Below are positions 26,954-40,300 of a stretch of 44,962 nt of DNA, piece by piece; the stretch's first letter is position 1; each line of letters opens with the position of its first letter. The notes under the pieces were generated by a model. That model worked only from the letters and a program-made list of their open reading frames with translations, ran no database searches and was not told the DNA's origin. The position numbers and the translations under genes are program-made. The stretch covers positions 1 to 44,962 of the forward strand of contig CAZGXC010000004.1 of assembly GCA_964529535.1 (NCBI GenBank), read 5' to 3'. Origin of the DNA: an uncultured Hyphomicrobiales bacterium. GTDB lineage: Bacteria > Bacteroidota > Ignavibacteria > Kapaibacteriales > UBA2268.

Positions 26954-27177
26954 ATCAAAGATGAATGGATATTTCAGAACAAATTAAGATAACATATTAT
27001 AAACTCACTGTATTAAAAGTATGATTTTGTAATAATGAATTATTTTTTAGGTAAATTACGTAATACTACTTATTGTTTCTTGCAAAATAAGCTATATTTT
27101 TGCATCCAGTAAAGTCGGCTACGATTTACTCTTAAAATTAAAATAGACAAGATTATAAATTAAATAAATAAATAGAT

Positions 27178-28323
27178 ATGAAAAAATTATTAACAACATT
27201 GGTTTTAGTAGCTTCATTAGCACTAAATGTAAATGCACAACAAACAAAAAACGTTGGAATTGGAACAACAACTCCTAATGCTTCTGCAATCCTTGATTTG
27301 GATGTAAGTGCAGCAGATTTTGGAACTAAATTGGGATTATTAGTCCCAAGAATGACGGCAGCTCAAAGAGATGGCATCGCAAACCCTGCGGAAGGCTTAT
27401 TGGTTTATGTAACCGATGCAACTCCAGCCGGATTCTACTATCGCAGTGGTTCAGCATGGGTTTCTGTCTCTGGTTTAAGAGGTTCAGGAGTTGCGAATCA
27501 AATAGCTTTTTTCTCTGATGCAAGTACAATTAGCACTAATGCTAATTTGGTATATGATGCTTCAGGCAATTTAGTCATTACTAATGGAAATATTGACTTA
27601 TTGTCAATTGCTTCAGGCGCAGCTAAAGAAGTTCATTTCCACGCTGGAAACGCAAGTGTAAATTACGTTGCAGTAAAAGCACCTGCTACATTGGCAGGAA
27701 ATATTGATTTTACTTTGCCAGGCAATGCTGGAGCTACAGGACAAGTTCTTACTAAAACAGCAAATGGAACTGAATGGCAAGCCTCTAATAGCGGTGCTAT
27801 CCCAGCTGGTGCAATGATGCCTTACGCTGGAGCAACTGCACCCGAAGGTTGGTTATTATGCGATGGTCAAGAAGTAAGTAAAACAGATAACTCTGCTTTG
27901 TATGCTGCCATAGGAGATGCTTATGGTTCTCCTTCAGATCAAGCTAATTTCAAGCTACCAAACATGCAAGGAACAATGCCTATCGGTGCAAATGGAGGAA
28001 CCTATACTCTTGGAGCTACAGGCGGGAGCGCTACAACTACTTTAACAACTGATAATTTGCCAGCTCATACTCACCAGTTGGTGGGCGTGCATGTAGGACC
28101 AGGTGCTGCTCCAAGTAATTACAACGCGGCGAATATTAATAATAAGGCAGCACTTTTTGCCAATGAAACTAGTGCGTCATCTATGTTAAATATTTTGACT
28201 CCATATACAACAGATGACAAAGAGAGACCCCTCGCGCCAGAATCAATAAAGAATACAGGTGGAGGTCAGGCAGTAAATACAATGCCTCCATATACAGTAG
28301 TAAACTACATAATCAAAAAGTAA
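27178..28323 (+). CDS. Secreted phage-tail-collar (tail-fibre-like, MdpB-like) domain protein
   Basis: Signal peptide MKKLLTTLVLVASLALNVNAQ. N-terminal NVGIGTTTPNASAILDL...LLVPRMTAAQRDGIANPAEGLLVYVTD block, common in Bacteroidota fibre-like proteins. Collar block IPAGAMMPYAGATAPEGWLLCDGQEVSKTDNSALYAAIGDAYG...FKLPNMQG..PIG...GGS...LT..NLPAHTH and C-terminal GGGQAVNTMPPYTVVNYIIK. Confidence 0.8.
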   Translation: MKKLLTTLVLVASLALNVNAQQTKNVGIGTTTPNASAILDLDVSAADFGTKLGLLVPRMTAAQRDGIANPAEGLLVYVTDATPAGFYYRSGSAWVSVSGLRGSGVANQIAFFSDASTISTNANLVYDASGNLVITNGNIDLLSIASGAAKEVHFHAGNASVNYVAVKAPATLAGNIDFTLPGNAGATGQVLTKTANGTEWQASNSGAIPAGAMMPYAGATAPEGWLLCDGQEVSKTDNSALYAAIGDAYGSPSDQANFKLPNMQGTMPIGANGGTYTLGATGGSATTTLTTDNLPAHTHQLVGVHVGPGAAPSNYNAANINNKAALFANETSASSMLNILTPYTTDDKERPLAPESIKNTGGGQAVNTMPPYTVVNYIIKK

Positions 28324-28391
28324 TAATCGCAATATTAGATTGGGTTGGGCTAAACAGAACTAAGTTGTAGAATATATTAAAAAAATTAACG

Positions 28392-31300
28392 ATGAATAAA
28401 ATTAGATTAAATATAGATAAAAGGGTATGGTGCCTAATACTTGCACTCACGATGTTCAGCGCGAGTATGACATCCTACTCACAAACGGTACCGCTTGTCA
28501 ATATTAAAGGCGGAGCAAAAGTTAGCTTTGCAAATGGCTCTAATGTATTAATTAGAGGCTCGCTAAGCAATGGAACAAATGCTACGTTAAGTTTAAATGG
28601 GACCATCGGCATCTATGGGAATTGGATCAACAACGGAACCCAAACAGCGTCAGCTACATCTCGAATAGAGTTTATTGGTGGCGATAACGCTGAAATTTCA
28701 GGTACCGGTGGTAGCACCCAATTTTATAGTATCTTGGTTAATAAAGATACGCGCCAGGTTGTGCTTTCTCTGAATACAGCACCTGCTACAAGCACTCCAG
28801 CTGGATTTGTGGAACTTCGCAAAGGTAGCTTTAAGGTAATAGGTGAATACACATATACCAATTCCTTCCTTGCGAAAGTTGATGGCATCTTATCTATACC
28901 TGGAACAGCTGAATTTTGGCTTGAAAACCCAAATGCAGTGGTCGAGGGGCAATTAGCTGATTTAATTTTAAATGGCAAGTTGAAAATTACAGATGGCACA
29001 TTTAATGCATCGCAAGCATTGCTATCCACAGTTACAGAGCAAGGAACAGAGTTAGAAATTGAAGATGGAACATTGAATGTAGGGCAAAGACTCTCATTGA
29101 ATAATGCTTCGACTACTACTCCTCTAAAATTTACTCAAACAGGTGGAACAATCAATGTAGCAACTGCAGGTGTTCAAACTAATACGAATTCAATTTTTGA
29201 ATTCATTAGCCCAGAAGCAGTCGTTAATATTAGCGGTGGCGAAATTGTATTGAAAAATGAAAATAGCACTGCTAACGTAATAGATTACAACTTCGCAGTA
29301 AATAACGCTACCGTAACCGGTGGCACTCTGAAAATAGATGCAGCAGCCGCAAGTCAAACATTTAGCATTAAATCTGCAATTCCAATAGGGAATTTATTGA
29401 TGACTGGCACAAATAATCCTGTAGTTCAACTATCAGGCAATAACTTATCTGTATTAAAAGATGTTACTATCGCTGGTGCTGGAGAAGATAGAGTGAAGCT
29501 AAATGGTTTCGATCTAAGCTTAGGCGGTGATTGGAATCATAATATCGCACAAGCAAATGGACTTAACCAAGGCACTAACAATGTAATATTTACTGGTAAT
29601 AAAGTCCAGAAGATTACTGCAACTACTATTGATCCGGTTTTCACGACTTTAATCAATAATAAAACTGGCGAAAAAATTGTAATGCACAAACCGATGAGCA
29701 TTACAAGTAAATTGAAATTGGTCGGAACAACTGCAATAATTGATATGCAGTCTAACAATCTTACGATTGATGCAAGTGCGAAAATATTTGCAGATGTATC
29801 TGAAACGAATGAAAGCGTTACAGCATTCAATTCATCAAAATATATAATAAATTCAGGATCAAATACCGACCCGCTTCTCGGAGCTAAGTTAATTAGAAAA
29901 TTGCCAGCGCTTGAATTAGGTAGCATAGCAAATATTGCTTTCCCGATAGGAACACCAAACGCGTATTCCCCTGTGCAAATAGATCTATTCCAAACTTCAA
30001 CTACATTAGCTACTGACGCAAATATAGGCGTAAAAGTTGTGCCATTGGAGCACCCAGGCGTTGAAGTAAGCAATAAATCTCTAAAAAAATATTGGAATGT
30101 ATCTACTAGTGGTATAACATTAACAAATGATAAAGCTGAAATAAGATGCTTTTATGATGCAAATGACGCTGTGGGCGGAGGTAGCGAAGGTTACTACCGT
30201 GTAGCAAAATATACTCCAGAATGGAATACACCAGCAGCTTATTGGCAAAGCGAGCCAGGAAGAGATTCTAATTATGTAGATTTTGGTTTGCATTATTTAG
30301 TATCTAAAGGATTGAATAATATCGATGGTGATTGGACTGCTGCCGAGCAAAAAGCAATCTCTGGATATTATTATTCAAGACAGAACGGCGATTACAACGA
30401 TCCAAACACCTGGTCGAAAATCGCTTTTGGTGGAGACGCTGCACCAACAGCTCCTAATAAGTTGAGTGACAGAGTTTATATACAAGAGAATGTGGTAACA
30501 GTTACAGAAAATACACCTGCGGCTAAGTTAATTGCTGTGCAGACCGGAAAAGATGGACGCGGAGATGGAGTATTGAAAATACAAAATAACTTCGTCGTGG
30601 TTGGTGATACATTCAAATTAGAAGCAAAAGCAAAATTATACATTGGGTCAGAAGAGGGAATTAGTGAATCCGGAGCAACTGGAAACGTCCAAACTCAAAA
30701 CAGATTCTTTAGCAAAGACGCTCATTATTTCTATTACGGTGATTTAGCACAAATAACTGGAACGGGAATCCCAACGCAAGTAGCAAAACTTACTATTGAT
30801 AAAACTGCTACTGCAAAAGTTACTTTGAGCAGAAACATACTTATTTCTGATGAATTCCATTTAATAAATGGTATCTTCGATATGTCCTCCTCTACGCTTG
30901 ATGGATTAACTGTTGACAGAAAATTTAAAATGGATGATGGTGAGTTTATCGTTAATTCGGCATTCCCAATTAATTATACTGCTCCTACATTCACAAATGG
31001 ACAAATTACTTTCGATGGAACTGGAAATATAACTATTCCATCATCTGCTTCTGAAACTCCTATCGCTCAATACTATAACCTAAAAATAAGTAGTGCGAGC
31101 AGATCTGGTAATATCACTTTATCCAGAGATGGAGAAATTAAAATTGCACACAACTTAGATATTTCAAGTCTAAAATTTGCAGATAATAGATATAGATTCT
31201 TCACAGATGGATCAACAGTTCGATTCAATAGCACAATAGCTGAGCAAAGTATTCAATTTGCTCCAAACTCTCCAGCAGATGAAAATTGCTACTTGAATTA

Positions 31301-34300
31301 TTATAACTTGATTATTGATGGTGCTAATACTGTTAAGATTACAGGAACAACTTCATCAACGGGCTTAAATATTCTCAATAAGCTGACTATAAACAATGCA
31401 GCTGCTACATTTAATGCAAATGGATTTGGTATTAATATACATGGCGATTGGGTAAATACAGCTGGAACCTTTGTGCAAGGAACAGGAACTGTAAAATTCG
31501 TTTCAGACGTTGCCTCTATAGCTACAAATATTAAGAGCAGAAGCATGACTGATAATCCATTTAATAATGTAATTGTAAGCGGACCAGGAACTGTGAAGCT
31601 AAATAACGATATTTTAATTAATGGTAACCTAACATTTGAACAAGATGTCGTTTTAAGTGCTCTAAGCCATAATGTAAATATTAAAGGTGATTGGAAAAAC
31701 ACAAGCGGAATATTTGATATCGGAACTTCAAACGTGATATTTAGTGGGACAAATCCGCAAAATATAGAAAAAACAACAGGAAATGCAACTTTTAATAAGC
31801 TAACTATTCAAAATCTAAATAATGTATATGCTGCCAACGTTGGAAGCGATACATCTGGAGTTATTATAAATAACGAATTAGCACTTAATAGCGGTAATCT
31901 TGTATCGCACGTAGGAAATAAATATAAATATGTGCAGATAAACAATCTTATCACAAGATCAGGTGGCGGTTTCGTAGATGGTGAATTAAGAAAGAAAATA
32001 TCAGCTGGTGCTGTAACAAAAGTATTTGAAGTAGGATATAATACATCTTATACACCAGTTACTTTTGATGTAACTGGAACAGCCGGTTCCGCTGGCTTCG
32101 TTGGAGTGATAAGTGATACTATCAACGCTTCATCTAATATTATTAGATGGAATGCAAATAGCCCAACTGCTATTATTCCTGCTAATTCTAAAATTGAACC
32201 AACAGGACATATTGCAAGAAGATATGGAATTACAATTCCAGTAGGTTCTTCATTCAATCTATCTAATACAAGATCATATAGCGCGAAAGTGGAATTCGTT
32301 CCCGGAGACGTAAAAGGAACAGTTAATCCACAACAATTTACTATGTCTGTGCTGACCAATCCTAATATACCAACTTGGGTATATCCTTTCTCTTATGAAT
32401 ATTTGGTCCGTCCAGTAATTACTGAGAAAACAACTACTTCTACTAAAATGCAAGCTCTGAAAGATTTCGGAAGTATTATAGTAGGTGTTCCATCTATGAT
32501 TACATACTATTCAAGACAAACAGGTAATTGGAATGATCCACAAAGCTGGTCTCTTGAGCAGTATGGCGGAACAGCAGCTCCTGGCTATCCCGGCCAAACT
32601 GAAGTGTATAGAGCGTATATCGGAAACGGGCATACAATTACAATGGGTAGTAATATCACAGTAAATGCTTCATCTGCATCTGGTATTACAGAAAATTCTG
32701 CTGTGATTGTTGATAGTGCTAACGGCGCTGGAACTTTGCTTATGGGAGGATACGTAATAAATGGAACTGGTGAGTTTAGATTGTTGAAATATTCTACTCT
32801 AAGTATTGGTAGCTCCGCTGGTATCATGTTAGCTGGTAATAATACAGGAAACGTGCAAACTACAACAAGAAATTATAACTATGGAAATCATAACAGAGGT
32901 ATTTTCATATATACCGGGGCGGGCAATAGCTCAACAGGAAATGGATTGCCAAGTTCAGTGCCAAATAGTGCTACTCCAGATACATTGTCGAAGCTTATTA
33001 TAGATAAAACAAGTGGAATCCTTACGCAATGGGGAGTTGCCGGAGGCAAAAATGTCCTTCGTGTCTTTGATGAATTAAGGATAATAAAAGGTAATTTTAA
33101 ACTTTCCGATATAGCTGATGCTGCTTTAGTCCTTTATGGAGATATGACATTAGATTTAAATGCAACATTTACTCCTAATTCAAGAACAGTATGGTTCAGA
33201 GGAGAGAAACAACAATATATACAAGCTGGTGCATACAATCAACCTATTGCATTTGATAGGATTGAAATTGATAAGGTAATGAATGCCGGAAATATTACAT
33301 TAAAGGGAAATACAAATATCAACGTAACTACATTGAATTTTAGCAGTATAAATAAAGTTTTAATAGATGCTAATACTCATTCTTCTGTGGCAAATCCAAT
33401 TTATGTTTTTGCTGGAACTGTTACAGGTGCAGGACAAATTACAGAGACAACATCTGGTGGATGGGTATTGGGCGATATGAGAAGAAATGTGGCTGCTGGT
33501 GCTGCCACTGTGAAATTTGAAACTGGAACTCCTTTGTATTATGCTCCTTTTGAATTGTCTTTTGCTAATGGTACCGGTAGCACTGCAGGTGTATTGTCCG
33601 GGGCGAGTATTACTGGAGAGCATCCAATGCTGGGAACAGGGCCTCTTGTAAATTATCCCGTATCAAGAGAAAGACAATTAACAGTATATTGGAAACTTAA
33701 GCGACCGGTTGGCTCAGGCTTTGTTAGAGGCAATAGAGCTTATACTCTAAGAACTTATTCGCATTCATCGCATGCTGTAAAGACGGATTGTATTGGTTGT
33801 GCGGATCTATCATTTTACAGAGGGGGGAGTATAAATAATAATTATGCTAATAATCAGTGGCAGGGCTTGTTCAATAATAATTCCAGGACTAATTCTGATA
33901 CTGAGGGTTTTGACTGCAGTGATACAAGATGGCTTACCACTGAAGAGTATAATATACCTGCCAACATGAGGTTTACCTATGGTGGATCTTCATGCACAGA
34001 TGATGAAAATATTTTAGATAGAATTACGGTTAATTCAGTTGGCTCAGATATACCTTTTGGCTCTCTTACGATTGATGGCTCAAATGGTGATGTCCTCCTC
34101 GCTGATTTTGTTGCAGGGAATAGAAATACTCTTAAATATTATTCATTCTATTCAATAAAAGATGGAGATTGGTCTGACCCTACTACATGGTCAACAGAAG
34201 GTTATAATGGAACAGTAAATGCAGCAGCAACTGATTATTCTGCGGGTGATATTCGTCCTGTCCCTGCTCGTCAATATGATGTGGCTTACATTGGTAATGG

Positions 34301-37300
34301 AAAGAAAGTAAGAGCTGATGTGTTAATAGGTACTAATCTATTAACTCCTACATCTTTATTGGGTACATGTGTGAAGGTGGAAAATACAGGAACACTTGAT
34401 TTGGGAACTACTTCTCTTAGAGGTAATCAATTTACTGCAGATCCAGGCTCAACATTGATTATAGGTGCTAATGATGGACTTAATAGAAATCAATATTTGG
34501 GCAACGTGCAATTATATTACAATTCGCCAATAGCAGTTGCAGATAGTGTTAATATTGTTTATTCTCCACGAGGTAGGACTGTAAATAGACATCAAATACC
34601 TATTGCTAATTATGATGCAACAAGCAGCTATATAACATCTGTAAGATTTTATTCAGCAACAGTGTCTAATATCTTAACATATACTTCTGGTGATAGATAT
34701 AGATTAGGTTCATACGCATGTATTCTTATGCCAGCAAGTCTGAATGTTAACTCTGGTTCTACCTACAGCGTAACAATTACTGCAAATGATAGTAGAAGAC
34801 GAACTTATAGTGTCTCATATTTGACGTATGCTGGAGCGTGGGTGGAGATAGCTACGGTTACTGATGTATGGAATTCAACAAGTTCTTCTAAAACATTAAA
34901 CTTTACAATCCCTGCAGATTTAGAAACAGGCACAACACTGCTTAGAGTCCAAACGCTTAATAATAGAACTTCCGCAGGTGAAGCTGAATTATATACTATA
35001 CACGTAACTAAACCAGATTATGTAGCTAATCAGGTGCCAGGAACAGCTTTGCCATCAGTGCTAAAGAGCCTTACAATGACGACGGATAATGAACCAGCGG
35101 CGTCTCAGACCTTTACATTAAATAAAAGCCTGACGATAGTGGATTATCTCAAATTTGATAAGGGAAATTTTGTCAATGGAGCGAATACTCTTAATGTAGC
35201 TGGCGATATAATCAGTAATAATGCAAATACATTTAATGCTGTCGGTGGGCAGGTCAATTTAATAGACGTTCAGAATTGTGATATAAAGGGTAATGCGTCT
35301 ATAACATTTGATAAGATTAATCTCCGCAAAAAAGACGCAATAATTAACTTAAATACTGACGTTAATATTATAAGTGAATGGAGAGTAGATACATTGAACT
35401 CCGTTAACTTGGCAGATAGTAGAACATTAAAATTTGAAGCAAACGCAGGCATCTATGGCTATCCAGGCAATAATAAAGCAATGATAAAAGTAAGTGGTTC
35501 AGAAAATACTGGAAAGATGATAAAAACATTCTCATCCAATCTAGCGACTGGCAATCGTGGCTTCGAATTCCCATTTGGTATTGATACTACTTATAACCCA
35601 GCAAACATTAGAATGACAGGCGCTTACGCAGCTAATAACTCGCTTACAGTTCAGTTGTTTAATAGGAAGCATCCTGCAGCCTTAAACGGAGACATATTAA
35701 AGAAGTATTGGAAATTAGAGACACAAGGAATTAGCAACATAACAGCTTCCTCATTAGGTTTCGGCTATAGGAGTGCTGATACAAGTGGCGATATGAAAAA
35801 GTATATACCAGCAAGATATGCTTCAGGTGCATGGGAAATTGACTTAGGGACAAATCCAATAGGCAAGCCGGATACAATAAACATTACCAATGAATCAGGC
35901 GTTTCAGGCGAATGGACTACTGGTATTCCTACTACATATTTCACAAATAGAATATTCTATTCAAGGAATACTGGCAGCTGGGACGTGAAAAGTAACTGGT
36001 CAACGGATGCAACACTAAAACATACAGGTAAATCAGCCGCCTACTATCCTGGTGAATTATATGAAAACGACGTAGTCAATATTGATGGTCATACAATAAC
36101 ACTTAATGATCCAAAATTATTAATACTTGATTCAATCAGAATTGGCGGGACTAATAATAATACCGTTGCTGGAAGGTTGCTGTTTGGAAATGTAGCTAAC
36201 AATCAGATGTTTTTACGCTCAGTATTTTTAGATGCAGATAATGGCGAAATAGCATCAGAGAATGCAAATTCAGGATTAGATACAATGATATTGAGCAGTC
36301 TGTTTGTCAACAAATCTACAGGAACTGGCTTCAATGGAGCATCTAATTTACCATCGAAAGTAATATTAAAATTCGCAGGTGAAGGCAATAGCACTATTTC
36401 AGGCGAAGGAAATTATACATCTATTGGCGATATAATTCAGAAAAAAGGTGGCGGATTTAGTGACACATTGAAAATCGAATCTAATAGCTTTGCATTAGCA
36501 ACTGAAAGCAAATTAACGGGAGCAATTACCCCTGAATCAGGAATAATTCGCAATCAATCAGATAAAGATTTGTATTTATCAGCTACAGGTGTAGATGTAA
36601 ATATGGGATTAAATTCAGGGATTGATTGTAAGAAACAAACTACATACACAAGGTCAAGCTTAATAACAAACACTAATACGACTATCAATGTTGATGGCGG
36701 AAACTTGAGTGTAGGAACTGCTGCGAATGGGCATATGCTCTATAAAACAGGAACAACAGTAACATTAACAGACGGGAAAATAGAAGTAGCCGGTGCATTT
36801 GCCCGCTTTAACGAAAATGCTTCCGTGGATTTAACGATAGCAAATAAAAATACAAACAACTTTATCGTCAATTCAATTGGCAACACATCAACAGATAAAA
36901 TAGGCTTTGATTTAAGCAACTCAGCCTCTTCAATTAGCATGTCAGATGGTAGAATACTTGTAGCTAACGGCGGTGGGACTACCAGCACTCCATTCGATTT
37001 AAGAATTAACGCAATGGGAGGTTCTGGTTTAACAGGCGGACTTATCATAAGTGGTGTCGAAGATAAAACGCCAGCTGGCACGAATATTAAAATAGGTGGC
37101 TCTACACCTCTATATGACTTAGCTTTCATTAATGGTGTGGATAATGTTAGAATATCTACGAGCATCTTAGAGCAAACCATGAAGATAAAGAATAATTGGA
37201 CAATTACAGATAGACATGACTTCAATTTAAATGGAAATACCATCAGTCTTGGTGGTAACCTTACTAACAATGGAGGATTTACAGCTGTTCCAGCTGGTGC

Positions 37301-40300
37301 TACAACTGGTGCATGGCAATTAGAGCTTGACGGGGCAGGTGACCAGACTATAAGCGATAATAGCGAAAATGGATTAAATATCCATAACTTTAGAGTGAAT
37401 AAACCCACAGGAGACGTTATATTAGGAGCAGATACAAAACTGTGGGTTCGTAGCACCCTTGAATTCTCAACAGATAATAATGCGATTATCAAAACTGGTG
37501 TTACCGATATGAGCAAATATGTAATAGTTGCTCCAAAAGAAGGCGTGAATAGCGTAGCCACGGTGATTAGAGCAGGAAAAGGTCACGTAGATGGATATAT
37601 GGGATCATGGATACCAGCAACTGCCTCATCGGTTAAGTTTGATATTGGTGGTTCAACAAATGCAATCTACAGACCTGTAGAATTCCAGACAGTAGGAGCG
37701 AACACTGGCGGTATCGTAATGGCTAAATATAATAATACTGCTCATACGACCCTTCCGTCTATCGCAAGCTCTAAATTAGACAAATACTGGACAGTTATAC
37801 CTCACACAGATCCGACTAAAGCATTTAGCTTAGCTGAAGGACAAAGCTATAACTTAGCTGTAAATTATGATAATACAGAATTAACAGCTGGAACAAACGA
37901 GCTTGAGTTAGAACAAATAATGAGAACTCCAAGCATCGCTTTGAATGCTATTGGAACTTGGGCTTCGCTAAATACAAATGAAAAAAGAGCTAATTATTCT
38001 AAATCATTTGCTAATACAAACTTCGGTGACGTAATATTAGGAATACCATTAGGAATAACATATTATAGTATCAATAGTGGCGACTGGAATAACCCTACAA
38101 ACTGGTCTACAACTGGCTACGATGGAACATCAGCAGCAGATTATCCTCGTTTAGCGACAGATTTCGTAAAAATCGGTAACGGTAAGAAAATTGTAGTGCC
38201 TTCAACTTTAACAGATTTAAGGGTAAATTCAGTAGTAGTCGAGAAGTACAATAATGTCCCCGGCGCATTGCAGATTAATGGAAAATTCAATGGAATATCC
38301 GGAAGATCATTTGTTCTTTCAGATGATTGCACAATCGGAGTTCAGCATATGCACGGAATTAATTCACTAATGGAAGGATCTCGCGGGGCAATTATCACAA
38401 ATTCGAGAACATTTGGCACAAGCCGCTACATCTACAATAGTAGTGAGGGTGCTCAAATAACAGGTAATGCAATCCCTAATACAATCAAGACTTTAATACT
38501 TAACAATTCAACAGCTGGTAACAATTCATTGTTCCTCCATAATTCAGACATAAGTGGAGAGTTGGCAATTCAAGATACATTAGCTATCGAACAAGGCTTA
38601 TTTAATACATCAGATAGAAATATCAGAATCGCAAAAGCCGTTCAGATTGGTAAACAAACCAATGAAGGTGTGCTTGAAGCTGGAACATCATCATTTATTT
38701 TCCAAGATGGTGCAGATAAGTATATAGACATAGCGAATCTTGGCGGTATTAGATTCTATCGTATAGATTTAAACAATACTAAACTGCATGCGAATAGAAC
38801 AATTGAAGCAGAAGGAGCATTGCAACACGTATATGTTAAGAATAAGTTGAATTTTGCTGGAACAAGTGCCTTATTCATTCTCGGAGACGCTGTTAACTTA
38901 ACAGTCGAATCCTCTGATCCACAGGCAATTACAGGTTTTGATGGCAATAAATTCGTTCAAACATCTGTTACATCCGGCAGCTTAATAAGAGAAGTAAAAA
39001 ATAACTCTATTTATACATTCCCAATAGGCTCACTCGAAAACTCAGTTCTACAATATGCAAAAGCAGATCTTACATTAGCTAATACAGGCAATAGCGGTAG
39101 AATTGGTCTTAGAACTTCATGGGGCCAAAACTCAAATAACGCACACAAATATTTAAGTGTAAATGCAAATGCTGGCTATATGAAGAGATATTGGGCAGTC
39201 GATAGCGTAACTATGCAAATCAATGGCAATCTAAAGTTCTACTACAACGAAGGAGAATTTACAACAAATTCTACAGAAGATGATATGAAGAGAATTGTAA
39301 GATGGAGACCAGCTAAAGAAAGAGCGGAAGGTGCTTGGTCATTCCCTGTAACTATTGCTAATTTAGATAAAGCTGCCAATACATTTGGCACAGGCATTAG
39401 TTTTGACTATACAGGATTCACTGGCGACTGGACTTTAGGAAATGACAGAACATTCAGAAGAATATTCTATAGCCGCCAAGACGGAAACTGGAATAGTCCT
39501 GATAGCTGGACATTTAGTGATACACACAGCGGAGATATTGCAGGCATAGGGCTATTCCCTAACTCAGCAGGAGACTCGGTAGTAATAGGTGGTTCAAAGA
39601 TCATTACATTAAACATTAACAATCCATTTGCAAATATAATGGACGTGGGTATCCAATTAGGAAACACTGCCGAAAACGCTGGCATACTTAAAATTACTAA
39701 CGAAAATATATTAAATGGTACGTATTTTAACTTTATTCCTGGATCATCATTATATATTGGTTCTGCGAATGGTATTTCAGCGGAAGGAACAAATTCTGGA
39801 AATATTCAAACTACAAATAGAATATTTGACCAAGCAGGAAATTATTACTACTCAGGAACAAGTAATCAATCATTAGGAAATGGATTACCTAATACAGTAG
39901 CCGGATTAGGAATAGCAAATACAGGAACCGAGAATAACAATACCGTAACTTTTGATAGAAACATAAGTATTGGGAAGCTATTCACAGTCATTTCAGGAAC
40001 TGCTGACATCGTAGACCACACTGTTACAACAACAGCGACTGATGCCACTATGTCAATGTCTGATGGTGCATTGCTTAGAATTGGCGCAAGTAATACGCCA
40101 AATACAGCATTAACAGGCTTTAAAAATTACCTATTACACAATAATAGCACGATAGAGTTCTATGGAACTAATCAGGATATTTCAAATGTTCCTCTTAAAT
40201 TCTATGATCCAAATAATGCAGACGAGACTTTACAAGGATATGGTAACGTGTTGATGAGCAACGGAACAAGCTATATTGGTAACAAAATTCTTCTGAGAGG

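Noticed and set aside
36740-37561. 273-aa antisense ORF inside the giant gene. Similar antisense ORFs lie at 29537-30073, 31301-31702 and 32048-32359.
   Set aside because: They are entirely nested antisense to a 12-kb ORF with strong protein-level repeat structure. Their translations are low-complexity and hydrophobic (runs of L/V/P/S) with no recognisable motif or ribosome-binding site. This fits the absence of stop codons that the sense-strand codon bias imposes.
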